Of a DNA stretch of 48,138 nt, positions 20,597 through 29,861 are shown piece after piece; within the stretch, counting starts at the first letter, position 1; each line of letters begins with the position of its first letter. The DNA comes from an uncultured Bacilli bacterium (GTDB taxonomy: Bacteria > Bacillota_I > Bacilli_A > RF39 > UBA660): contig CALVYB010000003.1 in assembly GCA_944371955.1 (NCBI GenBank), forward strand, positions 1 through 48,138, written 5' to 3'. Made by a program: the position numbers and the translations under genes. The notes under the pieces were generated by a model. The model saw nothing but the letters and a program-made list of their open reading frames with translations. It was not told where the DNA came from and made no database searches.

Positions 20597-21523
20597 ATGC
20601 CCAAATTTAGTATTATTATACCTGTATATAATGTGGAAAAATACATAGGGAAATGTTTGGAAAGTGTAAAAAGTCAAACTTTTAAGGATTATGAAGTTAT
20701 TATTGTGAATGATGGAACACAAGATGACAGTATGAAAATTGCAGTCAAATATCCATTTACAATAATCAATCAAGAAAATCAAGGATTAAGTGTTGCGAGA
20801 AATAGAGGGGTAAAAGAGGCAAGTGGCGACTATTTAATATTTTTAGACAGTGATGATTATTGGGAGAAAGATTTATTAAAAGAATTAACCAAATCTATAA
20901 AAAACGACCCTGATTTGATAAGATTTCAGATAAAGCAAATTGATGAAAATAATAATAGTGTAGATTATAAGGAAAAAGGATTTAGAGGGCTTAGTGGTGA
21001 AGCTGCTTTTAATAAAATAGTTAAGTTTCATTTTGTTGAAAATGCTTGGGCATACTGTATAAAAAGAAAATATTGGTTAAAAAATAAATTTCAGTTTACC
21101 GAAGGAAAGTTTCATGAGGATTTTGGGATAATACCCCTGGTAATTATTAAGGCAGAAAACGTTAATTCGATAGAGTATGTAGGATATAATTATTTTCAAA
21201 GAGCTAATTCGATTATGAATAATAACAACTATGAAAAAACCAAAAGAAAAGTAGAAGATTTCTACCAACACTATTTATTTCTAAAAAAACAAATTAATAA
21301 AACAAGTTTTAATAAGAAAGTATTTATGAGTTTTATATCAAATTCATTAATTATAAAGATAGCAGAGTTAAATAATCCTTTGTATAAAAAATATAAAACT
21401 ATATTAAAAAAAGAACGAGTCTATAACGACGTTTTAGATGATACTGTAGTGAGAAAGTTAAAAAGAGTTGTTATGAAATTAAGTCCAAAATTATTTAAGA
21501 GAATAAGTAGGAGGGATAAATAA
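20597..21523 (+). CDS. GT2 glycosyltransferase
   Basis: FSIIIPVYNVEKY, NDG, NQGLSVARN, FLDSDD, HED. Confidence 0.92.
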   Translation: MPKFSIIIPVYNVEKYIGKCLESVKSQTFKDYEVIIVNDGTQDDSMKIAVKYPFTIINQENQGLSVARNRGVKEASGDYLIFLDSDDYWEKDLLKELTKSIKNDPDLIRFQIKQIDENNNSVDYKEKGFRGLSGEAAFNKIVKFHFVENAWAYCIKRKYWLKNKFQFTEGKFHEDFGIIPLVIIKAENVNSIEYVGYNYFQRANSIMNNNNYEKTKRKVEDFYQHYLFLKKQINKTSFNKKVFMSFISNSLIIKIAELNNPLYKKYKTILKKERVYNDVLDDTVVRKLKRVVMKLSPKLFKRISRRDK

Positions 21524-23034
21524 TGAAAAAGATTTTTAACGAAAAGATGAGTTGGCTTAAAAAAAATACAAAGAATTTAAACAAATATATAAAGGGATTT
21601 TTTAAAGATAATATGAGGGTTATTTTGATATTTTTTGTTATCTATTTTATCGCTTTAATACCCCTTATTAGAGCAAATATCAATTATAATGATGATTTAG
21701 GAAGAGTTAGATATGGATATCGTGACTTTGGATTTGGAAGATATGTTTCAAATTTCTTGTCAATATTCTTACATGGCAGTAGAAGCTTATCAGATATTTC
21801 ACCATTTACGACTATTTTAGCTATTTTAATAATGTCAATATCTAGTGTTGTTATTTTAAAAATACTTATAAAAAACAAACAAATAAGATGGTATCATATA
21901 ATAGCATCACTTCCTATAGGGTTAAATCCATATTTTTTACAATGTTATGCCTTTAAGTTTGATGCACCTTATATGGCTTTATCTGTTTTGTTTTCTGTAT
22001 TACCTTTTATGTTTTATGACAAAATAAACAAGAATATAGGGTTTATTATTGTAACTGGTATTTGTACCTTTTTAATGGCCGCAAGTTATCAAGCGTCAGC
22101 AGGTATATTTCCAATGATTACCGTAATTATTATCTTAACAATGCTTAACGAAAAAAAAGAAAAGGGTGAGATTTTTAAATTCCTATACAAATCAATAATT
22201 GGCTACATGCTTGGTCTAATCTTTTTTAAACTATCAATGCCACCGGCAACTGAGTATTATTTAGATCCAGGTATGCTAAGTTTTAACGATTTGATCCCTA
22301 AATCTATTGCTAACTATAAAGAATTTTATACCTCTGTTTATAGTGATATGAAATTCAGATGGTTGATTTATATGGCATTGATTATATTTACTTTTACAGT
22401 TACTCAAATATTACAGAGTAAACAAAAAAAGTACATATCAATATGCTGTGTTTTAGTTTCATTACTATTATTATTTTTAATGCCTTTCGGTGTATATCCA
22501 TTTTTAAAAAATCCTATATTTAGCCCTAGGGCTATGTATGGATTTATGATACTAATTTCTTTGCTTTCAATAAAAAGTGTGGATTATAAAAACAACTTTA
22601 TTGTTAAAGTTTCTACAATTTGTTTAGCATATGCTTTTTTGACTACATCGTTAATATTTGGGAATGCAATTAATGAACAAAATGAATACAACCATTTTAG
22701 AATTAACTTACTAATAAATGATTTAAATAATCTAGATGTAAATAATCAAGAAACTCTGAAAATAGATTTAGAAGGAAATGCAGGTAATTCCCTTAAAGTT
22801 AATGACCTAATTACTAAATTACCAATACTAAACAAATTGTTGCCACCAACATTAGGCGATAATAAAGTATTGTGGCAAGTTTATGAAATTGGAACATATT
22901 ATGACATTCCAAATGTTGAGTTTAATATTTGGACGAAAAATAAAATTTCAAAAAATGATATGAAACTTGTAAAAAAGACACGATATCATTCAATATATCA
23001 GAAAGATAATTACGTTTTAATTAAAGTAAATTAG
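21523..23034 (+). CDS. GtrII-like polytopic (GT-C) glycosyltransferase
   Basis: About 10 TM, early NYNDDLGR acidic motif, FKFDAP, SYQ; adjacent to the GtrB-like gene. Confidence 0.7.
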   Translation: MKKIFNEKMSWLKKNTKNLNKYIKGFFKDNMRVILIFFVIYFIALIPLIRANINYNDDLGRVRYGYRDFGFGRYVSNFLSIFLHGSRSLSDISPFTTILAILIMSISSVVILKILIKNKQIRWYHIIASLPIGLNPYFLQCYAFKFDAPYMALSVLFSVLPFMFYDKINKNIGFIIVTGICTFLMAASYQASAGIFPMITVIIILTMLNEKKEKGEIFKFLYKSIIGYMLGLIFFKLSMPPATEYYLDPGMLSFNDLIPKSIANYKEFYTSVYSDMKFRWLIYMALIIFTFTVTQILQSKQKKYISICCVLVSLLLLFLMPFGVYPFLKNPIFSPRAMYGFMILISLLSIKSVDYKNNFIVKVSTICLAYAFLTTSLIFGNAINEQNEYNHFRINLLINDLNNLDVNNQETLKIDLEGNAGNSLKVNDLITKLPILNKLLPPTLGDNKVLWQVYEIGTYYDIPNVEFNIWTKNKISKNDMKLVKKTRYHSIYQKDNYVLIKVN

Positions 23035-23050
23035 GAATGGAGTAAAGACT

Positions 23051-24028
23051 ATGAAGCAAATAAAAGAATTAATTTCAATTATAGTTCCTTGCTATAATGA
23101 AGAGGATTCGTTGCCTATATTTTATGAAGAAATAACAAAAATTGCGAAAGAAATGAAAAATCAAGATTTTGAGTTTTTATTTATTAATGATGGTAGTAAA
23201 GATAATACTTTAACAATTTTAAAAGATTTAGCAAGAAAGGATGAAAGAGTACGCTTTATATCGTTTTCTAGAAATTTTGGAAAAGAAGGAGGAATGTATG
23301 CTGGTTTAGAAAATGCAACAGGAGATTACGTTGCAATAATGGATGCTGATATGCAAGATCCCCCTTCAATGATAAAAACAATGTATCATGATATTACAAA
23401 AGAAGGTTTTGATTGTGTTGCTTTATATAGTCCAAGCCATAAAGGGTATGGGATAATTAGAAAAATCTTTACGAATTGTTGGTACAAACTAATTGGGTTA
23501 ATATCATCAACTTCACAAGTGCCAGGAGCCAGAGATTTTCGTTTAATGAAAAGAAAAATGGTAGATGCCATTGTTAATATGAGAGAATATAACAGATATT
23601 CTAAAGGAATATTTAGTTTTGTTGGCTTTAATACAAAATGGATTGAATATGAAGCCCCTGATAGAGCAGCAGGAACATCTAAATTTAACTTTTGGAAATT
23701 ATTTAAATATGCCTTAGAAGGAATTTTAGCATTTTCCACAACCCCATTAGTATTAGCAGCAATCATTGGTTTAATATTCTGTCTAATTGCATTTATCGCA
23801 ATTATCGTAATCATTGTCAAGACTTTAATCTTGGGAGACCCAGTAGGAGGATGGCCATCACTTGCTTGTATGATAATGTTTGTTAGTGGTGTACAATTAT
23901 TCTTCTTAGGAATATTTGGAATGTATATGTCAAAGCTATATCTAGAAGTCAAGAAAAGGCCAATTTACATATCATCTGAAACAGAAAAAAATGTAAGAGA
24001 AGATAAAAAGGAAGAAAAAAATGACTGA
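23051..24028 (+). CDS. Undecaprenyl-phosphate glycosyltransferase (GtrB/CsbB/YkoT-like GT2)
   Basis: IVPCYNEE, SRNFGKE, DADMQDPP, DFRLM, R.AG.SKF, two C-terminal TM, EVKKRPIY. Confidence 0.92.
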   Translation: MKQIKELISIIVPCYNEEDSLPIFYEEITKIAKEMKNQDFEFLFINDGSKDNTLTILKDLARKDERVRFISFSRNFGKEGGMYAGLENATGDYVAIMDADMQDPPSMIKTMYHDITKEGFDCVALYSPSHKGYGIIRKIFTNCWYKLIGLISSTSQVPGARDFRLMKRKMVDAIVNMREYNRYSKGIFSFVGFNTKWIEYEAPDRAAGTSKFNFWKLFKYALEGILAFSTTPLVLAAIIGLIFCLIAFIAIIVIIVKTLILGDPVGGWPSLACMIMFVSGVQLFFLGIFGMYMSKLYLEVKKRPIYISSETEKNVREDKKEEKND

Positions 24029-24977
24029 TATAAGTATTATTGTTCCAATTTATAATGCTGAAAAATATTTAAATAAATGTCTTGATTCTTTAATTAGTCA
24101 GACAAAAAAAGAATTAGAACTTATTCTAATCAATGATGGATCTACAGATTCATCAGAACAAATTATTAAAGGTTATGATGATAAAAGAATTAAATATTAT
24201 AAAAATAAAAATCAAGGAATAGGAAAGACAAGAAATTTTGGGATAAACAAAGCAACTGGAAAATATATTATGTTTTTAGATAGTGATGATTTTCTAGAAT
24301 TAGATGCCTGTGAAAAAATGTATGAAAAAGCAGAAAAGGATAACTTAGATATAGTAATATGTGATTATTATAGATATTTTGAGAATGGAAAAACAGAGGA
24401 GGTAAAACTACCGAACTTTAAGAATTCTTCATTAAAGGACAACCCAAACATTATATGCGAACATTTATCTCCGTGGGCTAAAATATATAAGGCAGACTTA
24501 TTAAAGAAAAATAATATTAAATTTGTAGAAAATTTAAAGTATGAAGATGCCCCTTTTGTAATAGAAGCTCTAGTTTGCGCAGAAAAAATAGGAAAAGTAA
24601 ACATGCCCTTAAACTATTATGTAATTCATGAAAAAAGTGAAACGGCAGTGAGAGATGAAAAAATATTTGACATTATAAAAATTGTTGATCAGATTAGAAA
24701 GTACACTAAAAACAAAGTATATTTAAAAGATAAAATCGATAAATTAACGGTTAGAATATTAACAAATTACACAATTCAACAACGAATGCAAAAAGATAAA
24801 AAAATTGGAATGAAGTTCATTAACGAAGCTTTTGCATATCTAAAAAAAGAAGTACCAGATTATAAAAATAATAAGTATTATGAAAATAGGAATTATTTAA
24901 AAAGAATAATAGAAAAAAATATCCTATTAACTAAATTATATTGTAAAATATATAACAATAAGAAAAGAAAAAGATAA
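24021..24977 (+). CDS. GT2 glycosyltransferase
   Basis: ISIIVPIYNAEKY, NDGSTD, FLDSDD, PWAKIY, YED. Confidence 0.92.
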   Translation: MTDISIIVPIYNAEKYLNKCLDSLISQTKKELELILINDGSTDSSEQIIKGYDDKRIKYYKNKNQGIGKTRNFGINKATGKYIMFLDSDDFLELDACEKMYEKAEKDNLDIVICDYYRYFENGKTEEVKLPNFKNSSLKDNPNIICEHLSPWAKIYKADLLKKNNIKFVENLKYEDAPFVIEALVCAEKIGKVNMPLNYYVIHEKSETAVRDEKIFDIIKIVDQIRKYTKNKVYLKDKIDKLTVRILTNYTIQQRMQKDKKIGMKFINEAFAYLKKEVPDYKNNKYYENRNYLKRIIEKNILLTKLYCKIYNNKKRKR

Positions 24978-24978
24978 T

Positions 24979-25027
24979 CTATAAAGTGAACTTTCACAAA
25001 AAGAAAGACTTACTTTATAGTTTTTTT
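24979..25027 (+). terminator. Intrinsic terminator
   Basis: CTATAAAGTGA...TTACTTTATAG followed by a T run. Confidence 0.65.
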
Positions 25028-25448
25028 ACTTTTGCACAACATAATAAGTATGTGAAGAATTTTATTCTAGATGCATAACTAAAAATGGAGTAAAAATAGA
25101 TAAATTAACAAGATTTCACTGAAGCAATCATTTATAATGACTGTTTTAATTAAAAATTACATCGCTCTATAGTCTTTTTATGAAAAAAAACTGGCTAATT
25201 GAGATTTAGAAAGGAATCCTATTGGATAATACACTACGTGAATTTGGTCTTGGGAATCCGAAAGATAAGTTATTTATATAAATTCTGATAGTATTGGTAC
25301 TTTCTTGAGCATATTTACTTGCAAAATTACAATAATAGAAATTTTTTGTATGTGTTATACTGTTGGCAAGTTAATTATTATTTTATACTATTTCAATATT
25401 AGTGGATAATTTTATAACCAAAAACATAAAAAAACTTATAGTGAAAAC

Positions 25449-25477
25449 TTTATGTTAAAGAGTATCTATGTTATAAT
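25449..25477 (+). promoter_or_regulatory. Extended -10 sigmaA promoter of wzm
   Basis: TG-T-TATAAT at 25469-25477; RBS AAGGAG before ATG 25510. Confidence 0.45.
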
Positions 25478-25509
25478 TAAAAAGAATAACAATTAAAAGG
25501 AGTAAAAAT

Positions 25510-26322
25510 ATGAAAAATATAAAAAATATATTAGCAAATTTTAAACGATATTGGTATTTAATGACTCAAATAATTTTAAGAGATTTCAAAAAGAAATATA
25601 AAAGAAGTGTATTAGGTGTATTATGGAGCTTGTTATATCCAATTATGATGATGGCTGTCATGACGGTAGTATTCTCACATATGTTTAAATTTAGTACAGA
25701 AGGAACAAACTATTTGGTTTATTTAATGACAGGAATTATCTTATGGAATTATTTTAGTGAAGCAACAACAGGAGCAATGACATCAGTAGTTGATAATTTT
25801 ACACTTATTAATAAAGTATATATTCCAAAGTATGTATTTCCTATTTGTAAGTGTATGTTTTCTGGGATTAATTTCTTGCTAACATTAATTCCATGGTTAG
25901 GAATAATAATATTGACAAAATTTGGATTAGGGGATTATCCAGCAAGTATAAATATATATTATTCGTTTATCCCATTTATTTTTTTATTCTTCTTCCTATT
26001 TACAGTAGGGATAGGATTAATAATATCTTGTTTATCCGTATTTTTGAGAGATATATTTTATATTTTTGGAATTGTTTTAACTATTTGGAACTACTATACA
26101 CCAGTATTTTATAGTTTAACAATTTTACCAGAAAGTCTTCAACAAATATTCAAACTTAATCCGTTATATCAATACATAAATACAGTAAGGGACATTGTAT
26201 TATATGGCAAGTGTCCAAGCCTATTAACTATGGGAGTACTTGCAGGAATGGGGATAGTATCCTTAGGAATAGGTGCATTAATATTTAAAAAAAATCAAGA
26301 TAAATTTATATATTATATTTAA
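25510..26322 (+). CDS. wzm: ABC-2 polysaccharide export permease (Wzm/RgpC-like)
   Basis: RDFKKKYKRSVLGVLWSLLYP, INKVYIP, YYTPVFY, LNPL; 6 TM. Confidence 0.9.
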   Translation: MKNIKNILANFKRYWYLMTQIILRDFKKKYKRSVLGVLWSLLYPIMMMAVMTVVFSHMFKFSTEGTNYLVYLMTGIILWNYFSEATTGAMTSVVDNFTLINKVYIPKYVFPICKCMFSGINFLLTLIPWLGIIILTKFGLGDYPASINIYYSFIPFIFLFFFLFTVGIGLIISCLSVFLRDIFYIFGIVLTIWNYYTPVFYSLTILPESLQQIFKLNPLYQYINTVRDIVLYGKCPSLLTMGVLAGMGIVSLGIGALIFKKNQDKFIYYI

Positions 26323-27089
26323 TGGAGGTAAAAATGATATACGTAAATCATGTATCTATGAAATTCAATTTAGGAATTGAAAAAGGATTTTCAATTAAGC
26401 AAGCATTTGTAAACTTTTTTGATCCTAAAATTAGAAAGAAAAAAACAGAAAAAAAATATTTTATGGCATTAAATGATGTTAATTTTCATATAGAGCCAGG
26501 AGAAGTAGTGGGATTGATTGGTTCAAATGGAGCGGGAAAATCTACATTGCTAAAGGTTGTAAGCGGTGTATTGAAACCGACGAAAGGAAATGTTCAAGTA
26601 AATGGGGCTATATCGCCAATGATTGAATTGGGTGCAGGATTCGATCAAGACTTAACTGCAAGAGAAAATATTTATTTGAATGGGGCTATTTTAGGTTATT
26701 CAAAAAAATTATTAGATGACAAGTTTGAGGATATAGTAGAGTTTTCAGAATTAAGAGATTTCCTTGATGTACCTGTAAAAAATTTTTCATCAGGAATGGT
26801 TGCAAAGTTAGCTTTTTCTATTGCAACAATTGTAAATCCAGAAATACTAATAGTAGATGAAATTTTATCAGTAGGTGATATAAAATTTCAAGAAAAAAGC
26901 AAAAATAAGATGATGGAATTAATAAAAGGCGGAACAACGGTATTATACGTTTCTCATTCTATTGAAAGTATAAAAGAGCTTTGCACAAAAGTTATTTGGA
27001 TAGAACATGGGCAAATTGTAAAAATAGGCCCAACCCGAAAAATATGTGATGAATATTTTGAGGCCCAAATAGGAAGAGGAAAAAAATAA
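26322..27089 (+). CDS. wzt: Polysaccharide export ABC ATPase (Wzt/RgpD-like) without a C-terminal carbohydrate-binding domain
   Basis: Walker A GSNGAGKST, FSSGM, ILIVDE, VSH; 255 aa. Confidence 0.92.
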   Translation: MEVKMIYVNHVSMKFNLGIEKGFSIKQAFVNFFDPKIRKKKTEKKYFMALNDVNFHIEPGEVVGLIGSNGAGKSTLLKVVSGVLKPTKGNVQVNGAISPMIELGAGFDQDLTARENIYLNGAILGYSKKLLDDKFEDIVEFSELRDFLDVPVKNFSSGMVAKLAFSIATIVNPEILIVDEILSVGDIKFQEKSKNKMMELIKGGTTVLYVSHSIESIKELCTKVIWIEHGQIVKIGPTRKICDEYFEAQIGRGKK

Positions 27090-27144
27090 ACTGAAATAAA
27101 TAACAATCATAATTATCAGGGGTTGAATTGAGGAGGACAAGTAG

Positions 27145-28950
27145 ATGAAAAAGTATATTCATTATTGCTGGTTTGGGGAAAAACCACTGCCCAAACTTGC
27201 TAGAAAATGCATAGAGAGCTGGAAAAAATATTTACCAGATTATGAAATTATGCTTTGGAATGAGAAAAATACAAATTTAGATGAGTGTGTGTTTATAAAG
27301 GAAGCATATGAAAATAAAAAATGGGCTTTTGTAGCTGATTATGTAAGAACAAAAGCAATGTATGAATATGGAGGAATTTATTTTGATACTGATATGGAAA
27401 TTATAAAGCCAATCGACGACCTTTTGAATTCGGAAAATGGCTTTTTAGGGGTTGAAGATTCACATATGATTGCCTGTGGAGTGTGGTATGAACCTAAGCC
27501 TAAAAGTTATTTATCAAAAAAAATGCTTGAATTTTACAAAAGCCAAGAATATTTTGATATAGATAATATGTATAAAATAAGTATTCCAAGAATAATAAGC
27601 AGTATTTTAAATGACTTTGATTCTTCCAATTTTGAAACGCAAAAATTAAAACATCATGAAATAATATATAAAAGAGAATACTTTTATCCATTATCATATA
27701 ATCATCAATATAATATTTTTACAGATAATACATGTATGATTCATTATTATGATGCCAGTTGGACACCGAAATGGGAACAAAGGGAAAACAGGATGTTCAG
27801 AATTTTTGGTAAAGAAAGAGGAAAAAAAATAATAGCAATAGCTATTAAATTAAAAAGAGTTGTTAGAAAAGCAGTGAAACTTGCTATATACCCATTGTAT
27901 AAATTCCATAAAAGAAGGAACCTTATTACTAAAGACTATATAAATAATACAAAAGATTCAATTAATAGAATAAAAAAGACGAAATATGATTATATTGCTT
28001 TTTACAATCCAGATTGGCTTGGAGTATCCAATGCAACAATTGAATTGTTTGAAAATTCTTCTCCAATGAAAGAAATATATAGAAACAGCGATATAAATAA
28101 AGTTGCAAATAAAATTATTTCTTCAAATTATAAGAAGGTAATATTTAGCGGTTTTTGTATTGGGTGGAAAAAACTAGCAGAAAAGCTAAATAATAATAAT
28201 ATCGTTGTAAAAACATATTTTCATGGAAGTCATTCTCAAGTATTAGAGCCATATGGTTGGGCTAGAAATATGGAAATATTTGATTTAACTAAAAGAGGAA
28301 TTGTTAAAAAGATGGCAATTTGTAAAGAAAGTTTAGTGAAATTTTATAAAACTTATGGTTGTAATACATACTTATTGACTAATAAAGTTGATGTAAAAAA
28401 ATATCCACATAAAAAAAGCGACAATAAAATAATAATAGGAATTTATGCAGCCAAAACTGAAGATTTTAGAAAAAATGCATTTGCTCAAATCGCAGCGGTA
28501 TCATTAATAAAAAATAAAAATGTAAAAATTGACATGGTCCCATTAAATAAAAAGGCCAAAAGTTTTGCTAAATTTTTAGGAGTGGAAATTGATGGAGAAA
28601 ATCATCCAATTCCAAGAGAAGATCTAATGAAAAGATTAGCAAACTGTGACATTTCATTATATGTTACATATTCAGAATGTGCTCCAATGACATCACTAGA
28701 AAGTTTTGCTCAAGATACAATATGTATCGTTGGTAATAACTGCCATTACTTTAAAAATGAAGAAATAGAAAAATATATTGTTGTAAATGAAGAGAATAAT
28801 CCTGAAGAAATTGCCAAAAAAATTGAATACGCATTAGATAATAAAGATATGGTATTAAAGTTGTATAAAGATTGGGAAATTAAAAATAAAGATATGTCAA
28901 AGAAGTTACTACAAGAATTTTTAGAGGATGGTGATAGCAGTGAGAAATAG
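27145..28950 (+). CDS. Two-domain glycosyltransferase: GT32 (DXD) + GT-B/GT4-like domain
   Basis: IHYCWFG, AFVADYVR, YGGIYFDTD, HYYDASW; C-terminal RKN...SECAPMTSLES (EX7E). Confidence 0.8.
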   Translation: MKKYIHYCWFGEKPLPKLARKCIESWKKYLPDYEIMLWNEKNTNLDECVFIKEAYENKKWAFVADYVRTKAMYEYGGIYFDTDMEIIKPIDDLLNSENGFLGVEDSHMIACGVWYEPKPKSYLSKKMLEFYKSQEYFDIDNMYKISIPRIISSILNDFDSSNFETQKLKHHEIIYKREYFYPLSYNHQYNIFTDNTCMIHYYDASWTPKWEQRENRMFRIFGKERGKKIIAIAIKLKRVVRKAVKLAIYPLYKFHKRRNLITKDYINNTKDSINRIKKTKYDYIAFYNPDWLGVSNATIELFENSSPMKEIYRNSDINKVANKIISSNYKKVIFSGFCIGWKKLAEKLNNNNIVVKTYFHGSHSQVLEPYGWARNMEIFDLTKRGIVKKMAICKESLVKFYKTYGCNTYLLTNKVDVKKYPHKKSDNKIIIGIYAAKTEDFRKNAFAQIAAVSLIKNKNVKIDMVPLNKKAKSFAKFLGVEIDGENHPIPREDLMKRLANCDISLYVTYSECAPMTSLESFAQDTICIVGNNCHYFKNEEIEKYIVVNEENNPEEIAKKIEYALDNKDMVLKLYKDWEIKNKDMSKKLLQEFLEDGDSSEK

Positions 28951-29860
28951 TAATAAGATATTAATTCTATTAAAAGATACTGATCACTTTATGAAGAAAA
29001 TATTAGAATATAATTTCAAAAAAGCAGATATAAAGTTAGTGCCAGAAAGTTATACACCGTTTGACAGAGAAAATCTTGCAAAGATAATTAATAAAAAATA
29101 TAAGCAAGTTATATTCTATGACTATTATGACCAATTTTATTTATTGTTACCTTTAATATCGAAAAAAGTAATAAAAAAATATATTATAAACAATGGTATA
29201 GCACTTTTAAGTAGTGATTATATTTTAAATAACATGATGCAACTGTTTGAATATAAAGGAAGAAATATGATTGACTATATTGCAACAACACGTTATGACA
29301 CATACGTGTCTATGAAGGATAAGATTGAATATATTCGTCTTGATTATAAAGTAAAATTGCATCCAAAAAATAATGATAGTATCGGAATACTAGGCCTATA
29401 TTATGCTGAATATTCCAATTTTTTCGTACAATTAAGTGCTGTTGCTATGTCAAAGATAAAAAAAGCAGTAGTGTTAGATGAAAATACGGTTGTAAAAAAA
29501 TTTGGTGAAGATTTTAATGTGGAAATTGAGAAAGAAATAGATTTTGAAAAGTTAATAGCTAAGAATAAAGTGAATTTAGATTGCTCGTTTAGTGAAGTCT
29601 CAATTATAGGTTTTCTAATAAGTATGGATGCTGGTATTCCATGTATAATAGGAAATACAAATTTGTTAGATAATGATGAAAAATTAAAAAAATTATTAGT
29701 TCTTAAGAGCGATGATGATGTTAATGAAATATACGAAAAAATAGAAGATGTATTAGCCAATAAAAAAGAAATAGAACAAAAATATGATTGCTGGAGAAAA
29801 AAATATTCAGACAATTCTAAAAAATCAATTGACAAATTTATCGAACTTGGAGATTGTTAA
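28940..29860 (+). CDS. Degenerate GT-B-fold protein, paralog of the upstream C-terminal domain
   Basis: Aligns by eye with the C-half of 27145-28950 (NFFVQLSAV vs NAFAQIAAV; GIPCIIGN vs DTICIVGN). GTG start 28940 after GGTGA. Confidence 0.65.
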   Translation: MRNSNKILILLKDTDHFMKKILEYNFKKADIKLVPESYTPFDRENLAKIINKKYKQVIFYDYYDQFYLLLPLISKKVIKKYIINNGIALLSSDYILNNMMQLFEYKGRNMIDYIATTRYDTYVSMKDKIEYIRLDYKVKLHPKNNDSIGILGLYYAEYSNFFVQLSAVAMSKIKKAVVLDENTVVKKFGEDFNVEIEKEIDFEKLIAKNKVNLDCSFSEVSIIGFLISMDAGIPCIIGNTNLLDNDEKLKKLLVLKSDDDVNEIYEKIEDVLANKKEIEQKYDCWRKKYSDNSKKSIDKFIELGDC

Positions 29861-29861
29861 T

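Noticed and set aside
25028-25440. Long intergenic gap as an ncRNA, riboswitch or gene remnant (short frame ILLDNTLREFGLG near 25215-25280)
   Set aside because: No recognisable riboswitch or T-box motif, and the frame is only ~20 codons. An Rfam or tBLASTn search would be needed.
29784-29861. Upstream start of the GT2-HAD gene
   Set aside because: It overlaps the previous gene. The GT2 fold begins at MKKISIII (29862), which has a GGAGA RBS.
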